Shown here: positions 1 to 10,514 of the stretch, in pieces | Numbering within the stretch: position 1 is the stretch's first letter | Layout of the letters: each line of letters starts with the position of its first letter | Source: Nemertoderma westbladi | Taxonomy: Eukaryota; Animalia; Xenacoelomorpha | Assembly (NCBI GenBank): GCA_032718475.1 | Contig: JAUCBJ010002970.1 | Coordinates: 1-32,180 of the forward strand | Length of the DNA: 32,180 nucleotides | Direction: 5' to 3' | Translations under genes and position numbers: made by a program | Notes under the pieces: generated by a model | The model's input: only the letters and a program-made list of their open reading frames with translations | The model's database searches: none | What the model was told of the DNA's origin: nothing

Positions 1-62
1 TAATTGATAATTTTGGAATCCGGATCCGAGTTTTACACCTACCCCCATAAAAGGAACAACCC

Positions 63-1093
63 TACTACTACTACTAGTATCGGCATGCTGCATTGCAGCT
101 GCATTTTTAAGAATGCTGTGCCGGCTTGTCGACAAAATTGCGCCGCTACAACTCCCTATCACCCATGACATTTGCTAGATCATCCGCATCTTTAAGGCCA
201 GTGTCCTTTAAGATGCGTCTCAAGAAAGTCATGGGCTGTCCACCATGCTTATTCACTCCATGAGGCTGCCAAAGTACAAGATTATGCACTGGCTGGTCCT
301 CACGGCGAAAGCAATGTCCTGCAAAGCCGAGGCGATTTTGTTCTAGTGTCAAGCTTGGGGGAACCAATGAGACACCTCCAATGTTATATAGTGTCTGGTT
401 GGAGATGTGTGCATTGTACTTGACAAAATGAACCCGGCGTAGCATTCTTGTGAATGTGCCATCCAGAGATTTGGTGTCCTCAGCAGTAAGAGCCCAGCAT
501 GGACTCCCATAGAGGAGTACTGTAACTACTGCTGCTCTAAATAGTCGGCCCTTAAGTTTCCGATTAATTCTCGGTGATCCTGGAAAGCCTATTCAAGGCT
601 GCCCATGCCTTTCCCTTACGTATTCGAAGGTCCTGACCTGACTTCCGGATCCATGATCCCAGGTAACAGAAGTCGTCCACATGCTCAAGCATACCATCCT
701 TTGAGCTTATGCTCATCCGATCAGAGACTTGCTGATAACTTTCAAAGTTAACTGTCAAAATGTTGGTCTTTCTGGAGTTAATAAAAAGACCAACACTAGA
801 AGCAGCATGTTCTAATGAGCTGAGGAGCCGTTGGGTTCCCTCTAGTGATTCTGAGAGTACTCCTAAGTCATCAGCAAAGTCTAGATCAGTTAGGTACTTG
901 GCAGGATTTCCTCGACTTCTGGAGCCAGTAGGTGGAGTTATCATCACCCCATCATCATTATGATGATCTAAGGACATGCGTAGAACATAGTCAACCACAA
1001 TTATGAACAAGAATGGTGCAAGTGTGTCTCCCGTGAGGACGTCCCATAACACTTCAAATGGTTCTGTGTCACCATCAACAGTAGACAGTAGAC
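63..1093 (-). mobile_element. 5'-truncated RTE-clade LINE with (TAG)n tail and 11-bp target-site duplication
   Basis: AGGAACAACCC occurs at 52-62 and 1094-1104 (TSD). (CTA)n at 62-76 is a (TAG)n 3' tail on the minus strand. RT motifs GDTLAPFLFIIVVD, LDFADDL, INSRKT, FCYLGS and DLRIRKGKAW are typical of RTE-type RT. Confidence 0.9.
146..1085 (-). pseudogene. C-terminal part of RTE reverse transcriptase, frameshifted near 570
   Basis: ORF 564-1052 (RT core with FADD) continues after a frameshift into LFRAAVVTVLLYGSPCW...RMLRRV...RLGFAGHCFR (ORF 146-445). Confidence 0.85.
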
Positions 1094-2342
1094 AGGAACA
1101 ACCCAGTTTTCTTTAAGCTTTTAACTCTAAGAACTAGCGTCAGTACTCTCCTAGCTGTAACAGTAACCTGATATATGCCGGGGTAGTAAAGAAAATGGTT
1201 GGGTAGTGAGAGTATTCGTGACACCTTCCATGCCTTACAGGTAACAGCCAAGAGAGGGGGACTTTTGGGTGATCTATATAACGCTCAACACACAACCCAA
1301 ACCATCTTCGTATTTACGATACCAGACTAATTGAATAAACATGTGATAGTTGAATCATTATTTATTAATGACGTTTTACCAACATTAGATAAATAGTAAT
1401 TGTATATGAATTAAAAATAACAGGAGGTTATACTTTAAATAAATATAAGTTAACATTAGCTAAAATAATATCTATGTAACAACTTTAAAAAGGATATATC
1501 CAAATAATTACAAGTTATTGAGAATCTCAACTCAATGTAAAATTCTAAATATTTCCAATTATAACGCGGTTGTTTTGAAATTTAAAAATATCAACGTCAA
1601 ATTCGACTTCTTAAAGTCGACCAAAGAAAACCATTTAGTTTTTAGATGAATCAAACGGGTAAATTGTTAGATGAGATGAGATAGTGGGTCATCTGGATCA
1701 ATTAGTTGTACAAAGCGCGGTATAAATTAAATTAAATAACAAATTGCAATAGTTTTTTTTGCGATTTCTTCTAACTGTAATTCACCAACATGAAGAAATG
1801 TTAAAAAAACAAAGATACAAATGTAAAATACACTAATAAACAATGGGTTGATTCACCTCAAAAGGGGCCAAGTTTCCGAGTTGATTCAAAAATTTTGTCA
1901 TTTTGTCGTTGTAGATAATTTTTCAGAGAAGTTGACCACCAATCAAGGGTTACGTAAAGAAAGACCTGCTGTTATTCTCGAGTTGTGGCTGTTGAAGCAG
2001 AGTTGAAGAATTCAGGAATTTGAAGTACCCGGAAGTATTTAAGAATTTCAACCTCCAAATACTACTCATCATCAATAATAAGAGCGCCATTCTACCCATA
2101 CATGGTTGGAAAGCACAGATTTTGCTCTACTCTATTGCATTTACTTCAGTCAACAAATACTCGGTTGAACGCTGTTCTGCCAAAGAAAATAAGTGTCAAG
2201 AATTTACAATAAAGTCTGTCCCCTCAGCTGTAATGCATCATATTTCCACCAACTTCCCTTGGCCCGTTAATAGTTATGTAAAAAACAAACATATTTGAAA
2301 TCTCCACTTTAGAAGGTTTACTCGTAAAATTTCATATTCGGC

Positions 2343-2468
2343 TAACAAATCAAACGGGATTGGCTACAGGTTAAACAAATCAAACGGGATTGGCTACAGG
2401 TTAAACAAATCAAACGGGATTGGCTACAGGTTAAACAAATCAAACGGGATTGGCTATAGGTTAAACAA
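2343..2468. repeat. 30-bp minisatellite, about 4 copies (TAAACAAATCAAACGGGATTGGCTACAGGT)
   Basis: Direct tandem copies visible in the sequence. Confidence 0.95.
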
Positions 2469-2719
2469 AAAAAGCCGAAAATATAAAGCATAAACGTTTA
2501 GATTCTTTAGAACTTTTTACCAAATAAATTTAGTAAAACTTTTGGTACCATTGGAATCGCCTTTCGATTCTCTTCTGAAATGAAACCTACAGAGTTTGCC
2601 TAACTAAATACTGAAGCTGAAATAAAGGCTAAAAAAGAAAGATGCTGGACGTTGAAGGTAGTGAATTAATAATAGTGGGAATGTGTATAATTAATTGGTT
2701 AATGAGAGGGAGGGGGGGG

Positions 2720-2980
2720 GGGGGGGGGAGTAAGTTATTGGGGGGTGGCGAGTATGAACAAGGGAGGGAAGAAGCCATTAGGGGCAGTGAAGAAGAAGAA
2801 GGAAGTGATATTGAGACGGAGAGCGTGGTAGTTGATTCTGAAGGAGTTGTCTTGGGGTGCCAATAGGAGTGGAGAGTTTGGCAATAATGATGAAGATGGT
2901 ATGGTGGGTGGCAGTGGAAACAAATATAGTGAGAGTTGGAAGGATTGAGGTCGTATTCCGAGGATTTGTAATTAAAGAAT
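2720..2980 (-). pseudogene. Relic of a gag/ORF1-like protein with a CCHC zinc knuckle followed by a Ser/Pro-rich tract
   Basis: Minus-strand frame (not in the ORF track) reads SHYI-CFHCHPPYHLHHYC-QTLH, i.e. CX2CX4HX4C at 2922-2881. An in-frame stop lies upstream and there is no start codon. Confidence 0.45.
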
Positions 2981-3286
2981 TAAACTGGATATATATTATA
3001 TATAGTATTATTTAGCCGTATTAAGTTAATTTATTACCATAGTTATCTAACTGCATGTTTTATTATATTCATTAACCCTTACCATCTGGCGTTATACCTA
3101 ATATTTAATAATATTTAATCACAAATTTAATTTCTACGAATTTTAATTTTGGAATCGAGTTTCTAATACAGTGGAGAGGAGATATTGTGTGATATCTATT
3201 TATTGATTGATAATTAGCATACTTAGGTACAATTAATACTATAAACATTACCGCATTACCTCAATTTGTCCACGAAATGCGAAATA

Positions 3287-3705
3287 CATTACAGCAGGGG
3301 ACAGGACATTACCATTACCATTACAGCAGGGGACAGGGCATTACCATTACAGCAGGGGACAGGACATTACCATTACAGCAGGGGACAGGACATTACCATT
3401 ACAGCTGGGGACAGGACATTACCATTACAGCAGGGGACAGGACATTACCATTACCATTACAGCAGGGGACAGGACATTACCATTACAGCAGGGGACAGGA
3501 CATTACCATTACAGCAGGGGACAGGACATTACCATTACAGCAGGGGACAGGACATTACCATTACAGCAGGGGACAGTACATTACCATTACAGCAGGGGAC
3601 AGGACATTACCATTACAGCAGGGGACAGGACATTACCATTACAGCAGGGGACAGGACATTACCATTACAGCAGGGGACAGGACATTACCATTACAGCAGG
3701 GGACA
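3287..3705. repeat. 26-bp minisatellite (CATTACAGCAGGGGACAGGACATTAC), about 15-16 copies, occasional extra CATTAC
   Basis: Direct tandem copies. The ORFs over it only reflect the periodicity. Confidence 0.97.
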
Positions 3706-4048
3706 TCAGTTTTTGGTTTGTAATTCCTTATAAAGTGACAATGACCATCATGCTTTAAACATAGCACCTCACCAACCCAAAATCCGTTTCGAATGATGTC
3801 TGTCCCATACGTTTCGATATTTTTTTGTAATTTTGTTTGAAAAAATCACGTAATTTGTCCACTTTTGAGGAGAATAAACCAATAGCATAATAATACATTA
3901 ATTTAGCAAACAAACAGCACATCTAATACTACATTAACACAATAAATACCTGCTAAACTTTAATTACCTGCACTAAGATAGATAAGTAGCATTTTCTATT
4001 GCAAATAATAAAAAATAATCTTTAAGAAGTCACTACTGAGTACCGGTA

Positions 4049-4430
4049 GTGTTTAAACGGGATCCCGATCACGAAAACCCGGGAATCCGACGAAAAATGC
4101 AATCCCGGTCCCGATCCCTACATTTCTGGAACGGGATCCCGAAATAGGTAAATTTGTTGAATATCTGATAAATAGTTCCAGCAGAATGGTAATGTTTTGA
4201 TTATATCGAATTTTTATGTCAGTAAACCATCGAGTAATCAATTGCAAAATAATATTAATATAACTTTATCTTACTAATATTTCAGAAGAGTAAGATAAAG
4301 TGAGTGTTACCCAAAACCCGCCACATATTAAGGAATTTAATCCAAAATTACAATCAGGATCCCGAAAATCGGGATCCCGAGAGTGATAATCCCGGTCCCG
4401 ATCCCAGAAAGTCTGATCCCGTTTAAACAC
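4049..4430. mobile_element. MITE-like element with 16-bp perfect terminal inverted repeats and GATCCCG subterminal repeats
   Basis: GTGTTTAAACGGGATC (4049-4064) pairs with GATCCCGTTTAAACAC (4415-4430). Many GATCCCG/ATCCCGGTCCCGATCCC motifs lie near both ends. No clear TSD. Confidence 0.75.
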
Positions 4431-4524
4431 AACTACAGATCGCGCTCAATCTGATCAGATTATAAATAATTAATAATTATAATAAATGTTACTTATAGTT
4501 GACGTGAATATTATAAGTATTTTA

Positions 4525-5017
4525 CTCTGTAGTCCCGAATAGACGGGGCGACACGGCTGTAAAATTAAAAAACAAATCCACCCACAATTCTCTCCCGATA
4601 TTAATAAATTAGTACATTTTTTATTATGAGTAAATAAACTTTTGTTCTCAAAATAATTGAATTGAAAGTGAAAGAAAACAAAAACCGCGTACCGAGTATA
4701 CCACCGGTAGCCTTAGGTACTACAACTGTACCTGTACGCCTATACTGTATGTTAAGTAAGTAGGTAAAATTTTCCACCCACCACGTTTATTCCAGCCACC
4801 CCGACTATTAGCACAACGAAATGTTTCCACCCAGCCACCCCGACTATTAGCATAATGAAATGTTTCCACCCAGCCACCCCGACTATTAGCATAACGAAAT
4901 GTTTCCACCCAGCCACCCCGTCTATTAGCATAACGAAATGTTTCCACCCAGCCACCCCGTCTATTAGCATAATGAAATGTTTCCACCCAGCCACCCCGTC
5001 TATTCGGGACTCCAGAC
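4525..5017. mobile_element. MITE with about 24-bp TIRs and TA target duplication (Tc1/mariner-type ends), just 3' of the ZnT1 stop
   Basis: TA-CTCTGTAGTCCCGAATAGACGGGG (4523-4548) versus CCCCGTCTATTCGGGACTCCAGAC-TA (4994-5019): 2 mismatches, TA on both sides. Confidence 0.8.
4770..5004. repeat. 39-bp tandem repeat (AATGTTTCCACCCAGCCACCCCGWCTATTAGCATAAYGA), about 5.5 copies, derived from the MITE right subterminus
   Basis: Direct tandem copies; each unit contains the inner part of the right TIR (CCCCGTCTATT). Confidence 0.93.
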
Positions 5018-5160
5018 TACTTAATTAGAATATATAACTGACTGACGTTGTCGCAGCACTAAAAAAGTAACCGAATAAACAAAGAGAGAGAGAAAGAGAG
5101 ACATAGAGCAACAGAGATCGATAAATACAACCGCGTAACTCTCACTGAGAAAATCTGTGT

Positions 5161-5595
5161 TCACAAAACGGTATGGAACTCCAATGGCACATCCTCTGTG
5201 GATGCGTGGGGCGGATTGGAGTCCGCAAAGGAAACCAAACCCCTCCTCTGCCGCAGTTCCTCCCAATCGGATGGGTTGGCAGCCCCTGGGACCCCGGCCG
5301 TCGCGAGATTCTTCTTGGAGGGACAGCAGGTCTGCTGCTCACAGCCGGCCTTGGGCTCGCACTCCAACATACAGCTGTCGGACTGCTGGCTCTCCTCGGA
5401 TGGATCCCCAGGGGCGACGAACTCGGGTTGGATCGTCGTCGAGTGGATCCCCTGGTCGTGCAGCAGGTCCTTTATCTGACGCGCAATCCGCATGTAGTCG
5501 CTGAGGTTGCGGCACTGGATGTGGGCCGAGGCGATGATTCGACGACCGGCGAGACGCCAAACGTGGAACTCGTGGACTCCCAGAACTCCAGACAC
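5161..5595 (-). CDS. SLC30A1: Zinc transporter ZnT1-like (CDF family), exon 2: cytosolic C-terminal domain and Cys-rich tail
   Basis: Acceptor ...TTCCGCTTCCGCAG|GTG (intron ends at 5596), phase 0. Translation VSGVLGVHEFHVWRLAGRRIIASAHI...LHDQGIHSTTIQPEF and CMLEC...CEQQTCC match ZnT1 CTD motifs. Confidence 0.93.
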   Translation of the reverse strand: MSGVLGVHEFHVWRLAGRRIIASAHIQCRNLSDYMRIARQIKDLLHDQGIHSTTIQPEFVAPGDPSEESQQSDSCMLECEPKAGCEQQTCCPSKKNLATAGVPGAANPSDWEELRQRRGLVSFADSNPPHASTEDVPLEFHTVL

Positions 5596-5605
5596 CTGCG
5601 GAAGC

Positions 5606-5932
5606 GGAACAGTCGCGCATTAGTGGTAGTGGAACAGTCGCGCATTAGAGGTAGTGGAACAGTCGCGCATTAGTGGTAGTGGAACAGTCGCGCATTAGTG
5701 GAACAGTCGCGCATTAGTGGTAGTGGAACAGTCGCGCATTAGTGGAACGAACAGTCGCGCATTAGTGGTAGTGGAACAGTCGCGCATTAGTGGAACGAAC
5801 AGTCGCGCATTAGTGGTAGTGGAACAGTCGCGCATTTAGTGGTAGTGGAACAGTCGCGCATTAGTGGTAGTGGAACAGTCGCGCATTAGTGGAACAGTCG
5901 CGCATTAGTGGAACGAACAGTCGCGCATTAGT
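5606..5932 (-). repeat. 14-copy 19-25-bp tandem repeat of the intron's branch-point segment (minus: CCACTAATGCGCGACTGTTCCACTA)
   Basis: 14 copies of CAGTCGCGCATT counted. The exon-proximal copy places CTAAT about 24 nt before the 3' AG. Confidence 0.93.
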
Positions 5933-6015
5933 AATCAATAAGAAAATGTCTTATCAGTTCGTGATAGTCAACATGACTCGAATAAATTTGGGTGAATCTT
6001 CGACATTTGGCACTT

Positions 6016-6419
6016 CTAAAGCAAAAGGGTCCCAAAATCGGCTACCCGCTGTCATTTTTTAGAGTTTTTTTTGTGTTTTTGGGTGTTCTTTTGATAAATT
6101 GGTGAATGTTAATCTAGTGTTGTTGACAACGATTAATTTGAGCTGTTAACTGTTACCGTTAATATCATCAATATTTTAGGTCATTACTATAATTCTGCAA
6201 CAGTTTAAATCTGAAATATCAATGTTTTCACAAATTTTTTTATAATTTCCAAAAATACTAGCTAGTAAAAAAACACTATATAGATACCATTACAAAAAAC
6301 ATCTAACTGATGCTCTAGGACACTTACACTTCTTACCAATATCAAAAAATTTAAAAAATACTAAAAAAGAACTTGTGAAAAATGGAAGGGCTGTCGATAG
6401 GGTGAAGCTTTTGCTTTAG
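6016..6419. mobile_element. Possible old MITE with short TIRs
   Basis: CTAAAGCAAAAG (6016-6027) pairs with CTTTTGCTTTAG (6408-6419). AT-rich interior. No TSD recognised. Confidence 0.4.
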
Positions 6420-6584
6420 GACACTATTTCCATTACGGACACACCCCTCATAAAACACAGACCCCCTATGTATAAAACACAGACAACCCACCACATATAG
6501 GAGCCCAGCATAAATTAACAAGTGGCTCAATTATCATGTAGTAATCTCGTTTCTTTAAATAGACGACAGAGATTTTTAGAGACA

Positions 6585-7888
6585 TTACGTCAGGAATAAG
6601 TTGATTCTATTAGATTTCTATTAATAACTTACCTCAGCAATAAGTTGATTCTATTAGATTTATATTAATAACTTACCTCAGCAATAAGTTAATTCTATTA
6701 GATTTCTATTAATAACTTACCTCAACAATAAGTTGATTCTATTAGATTTATATTAATAACTTACCTCAGCAATAAGTTGATTCTATTAGATTTCTATTAA
6801 TAACTTACCTCAACAATAAGTTGATTCTATTTGATTTATATTAATAACTTACCTCAGCAATAAGTTAATTCTATTAGATTTCTATTAATAACTTACCTCA
6901 ACAATAAGTTGATTCTATTAGATTTCTATTAATAACTTACCTCAGCAATAAGTTGATTCTTTTAGATTTCTATTAATAACTTACCTCAGTAATAAGTTGA
7001 TTCTATTAGATTTTATTAATAACTTACCTCAGCAATAAGTTGATTCTTTTAGATTTCTATTAATAACTTACCTCAGTAATAAGTTGATTCTATTAGATTT
7101 TATTAGATAACTTACCTCAGCAATAAGTTGATTCTATTAGATTTTATTAATAACTTACCTCAGCAATAAGTTGATTCTATTAGATTTCTATTAGATAACT
7201 TAACTCAGCAATAAGTTGATTCTTTTAGATTTCTATTAATAACTTACCTCAGCAATAAGTTGATTCTATTAGATTTATATTAATAACTTACCACAGCAAT
7301 AAGTTAATTCTATTAGATTTCTATTAATAACTTACCTCAGCAATAAGTTGATTCTATTAGATTTTATTAATAACTTACCTCAGCAATAAGTTAATTCTAT
7401 TAGATTTCTATTAGATAACTTAACTCATCAATAAGTTGATTCTTTCAGATTTCTATTAATAACTTACCTCAGCAAGAAGTTGATTCTATTAGATTTATAT
7501 TAGATAACTTAACTCAGCAATAAGTTGATTCTATTAGATTTTATTAATAACTTACCTCAGCAATAAGTTGATTCTATTAGATTTCTATTAGATAACTTAA
7601 CTCAGCAATAAGTTGATTCTTTTAGATTTCTATTAATAACTTACCTCAGCAAGAAGTTGATTCTATTAGATTTATATTAACAACTTACATCAGCAATAAG
7701 TTGATTCTATTAGATTTCTATTACATAACTTACCTCAGGAATAAGTTGATTCTATTAGATAACTTACCTCAGCAATAAGTTGATTCTAATAGATTTCTAT
7801 TAATAACTTACCTCAACAATAAGTTGATTCTTTTAGATTTCTATTAAGAACTTACCTCAGCAATAAGTTGATTATATTAGATTTCTAT
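6585..7888 (-). repeat. Splice-donor satellite block 1 (34-45-bp units)
   Basis: Tandem ATAACTTACCTCAGCAATAAGTTGATTCTATTAGATTTCTATTA; the core is identical to the exon-1/intron junction at 23844-23871. Confidence 0.97.
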
Positions 7889-9596
7889 TAGAGTTGTAAC
7901 AGAGACTTTGTCACTGATCTCTGAATTCTCCGGGCAATTTTTTGCTCTCCGGATAGGTCTCTGGTTCCCGGGTATTGAAGACAGACATTTTACCCAGAGA
8001 TCAGTTATTTTACAAATTAGAAATAGTTATTTAAAAATAGATCCTGTACAACACAAAATGTGAAATGAAGATTATTTTTCACAAATTTTTTACACTTAAT
8101 TCTTTAATTTTTAACTATTTTTAATACTCAGCTTCAACAAAATTATATATTCACTTTTACACTATTTTTAATCTAACTCTAAATGTTACTCAAACTAAAT
8201 GTACCGATAATCTTCTATTTAATTAATTTAAGGTGCGTTTAATTTTAAGTTAAATTAGCACCTAAAGATGGTTCTTATTTAAGGATAAAGGTGCTTAATT
8301 TGAGCACTCATAATGTTTAAAAGTGAAAGAAAGGGCTGATCTCCATTCAATTTGTTGTAGGATAGATAATATGACGACCAAATGAAGAAAACGAGCGTAA
8401 CGAGGCTTGTAAATGGGGCGAGTAGAGTACCATACCTGTGCACTGTATTTGTAATTTACTAAGTTTATTTTATAGTACATTGAATGAAATGTATATGATT
8501 TGAACAATTGTAAAATAAGTGCCTTTAATTAACCAAGTACCGGTAACTATGGCGCAAAACAAATTTATGTAACATATTATGGCTCTCACAGTTTGCCGTG
8601 CCACCTATTGCTATAATGGCACGGTAAAGTGTAATAGGACTGAGGAGCTCTCTTACATTTTGCCGGGCCACCTATATATATATTCAATATAATTCAAAAA
8701 AATATAATAGTTATATTTATATAACATATATTTACGGAAGTGATACCGTAATTACTCTACGTACAATTACATTTTGTTACGTCTTGTGTAGCTAATGTTT
8801 TTTTTATTGTTTGTTACTAAACCGGGTACACTTCCTTCACGTCCTTCTAGTTTCCCTAATTATGATATGATAGATTAAAAACTATCATTTTATTATATAA
8901 AAAAAATTGCAAAATAGCAAGCTAGCTAGTTTTTGTTTCTTGTCTTTTAAATGTTCTAGAGCATTATCAATCTATTTCATATAAAAATGTTGTTATAGAA
9001 CAAATATTTTTTGTTCTAGAACAAAAAATACAAAGCACTAGCTAACTTGTTAATTTTTTATTGTATGTTATCTTTGTATAATTTTTTTTTTACTAGCTAG
9101 TTTTGTTTATTTTTTAATGTTCTAGAACATATTATCTATACATTTAATATAAACATTTTGTTCTAGAACAAATATTTTTTGTTCTAGAACCTATATTTTA
9201 AGATCATTTTATTATATCAAAATATGGCTATAATGGCACGGTAAAGTGTAAGAGTCCCCACCCCATATTATTAACAATAACAAAATAAGAACGAATTAAT
9301 AAACAAATAACCAAATTAATATTAATTAAGTCCCCCAACCTGTACGTGAACTTATTTTCTTCCAATGGGTAAGGGTTGACATGGGTTGGATTTACTGTAA
9401 TTCAACCATATAAAAATAGTTATCAGTCCATATGTACGTACCTGTTTGTGCTTTATGGGACTAATCAAAATGTAAAGTAGAAAAATAAGCCAAGTCTCTG
9501 ATCTCTGGGTCTGGTCTCCGGTATTTTTCAAAATAATTATCTGGGTAGGTCTCTGGTTTACCGGGATTAAGAAAAACAGGCTCTGTTGCAACTCTA
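7889..9596. mobile_element. Non-autonomous hAT-like DNA transposon (1708 bp) inserted in the satellite
   Basis: TIRs TAGAGTTGTAACAGAG (7889-7904) and CTCTGTTGCAACTCTA (9581-9596), 1 mismatch. 8-bp TSD ATTTCTAT at 7881-7888 and 9597-9604. Subterminal GGTCTCTGG-like motifs. No transposase ORF. Confidence 0.88.
8581..9257. mobile_element. Nested inverted-repeat (MITE-like) sequence inside the hAT-like element
   Basis: Motif GCTATAATGGCACGGTAAAGTGTAA occurs at about 8610 and 9227, with degenerate inverted copies at about 8581-8603 and 8648-8670. Interior is rich in TTCTAGAA and CTAGCTAG palindromes. Confidence 0.5.
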
Positions 9597-9995
9597 ATTT
9601 CTATTAATAACTTACCTCAGCAATAAGTGGATTCTATTAGATTTATATTAATAACTTACCTCAGCAATAAGTTGATTATATTAGATTTCTATTAGATAAC
9701 TTACCTCAGCAATAAGTTGATTCTTTTAGATTTATATTAATAACTTACCTCGGCAATAAGTTGATTATATTAGATTTATTTTAATAACTTACCTCAGCAA
9801 TAAGTTGATTCTTTTAGATTTCTATTAATAACTTACCTCAGCAATAAGTTGATTCTATTAGATAACTTACCTCAGCAATAAGTTGATTCTATTAGATTTA
9901 TATTAATAACTTATCTCAGCAATAAGTTGATTCTATTAGATTTATATTAATAACTTACCTCAGCAATAAGTTGATTATATTAGATTTCTATTAGA

Positions 9996-9997
<2 letters not shown>
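9597..9997 (-). repeat. Splice-donor satellite block 2
   Basis: Same unit, lying between the hAT-like element and the LINE tail. Confidence 0.97.
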
Positions 9998-10029
<32 letters not shown>

Positions 10030-10514
10030 ATAAATTTACACCATAACTTAGAACTGAACAAAGACTGCATAGACAATTTAACTATAGTATTATATGGTGA
10101 TGGGGTTTCCCCCATAAGAGATACATTACATACATTTCATACATTACTTAGTTTAAAATATGAGTTAATAATTATTTAAGGTACATTAAAATACATCGAG
10201 TTAAAATTATTACTGTATGTAATTGGTCTCAAAAAGGCCGTGCTAATTATGAGATTAAACGAAGAAGTTAAAAGGGTCAGAAGACTGGATGTTATATGAA
10301 ATTAGATAGAAATATTTGTATTAAAATAAGATGAAATATATATATACGTATTAATAAAAGGGTCGGTCTCTGATGTCGTAAAAATGAGATTAAATATATG
10401 CGTATAAATTTAAAATGAGATGCAGTAAATACGTATTAAAAGGGTCAGAGTGGATGTGAAATGTAATAAAATTTGTATTAATTAAATAAAGCATTATAGA
10501 ATATAAGTCGTTAT

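Noticed and set aside
2020-2298. 92-aa ORF with faint hAT dimerisation-like 'TS...SVERCS'
   Set aside because: Similarity is too weak to call without a search, and no TIRs were identified.
3266-3733. 155-aa and 148-aa repetitive ORFs
   Set aside because: They are translations of a 26-bp minisatellite; the period is not a multiple of 3, so all frames cycle through the same peptide.
5157-5673. Overlapping plus-strand and alternative-frame ORFs over ZnT1 exon 2 (similar cases at 24338-24939, 26250-27203 and 13111-15995)
   Set aside because: They are shadow ORFs of real GC-richer coding sequence with no recognisable motifs.
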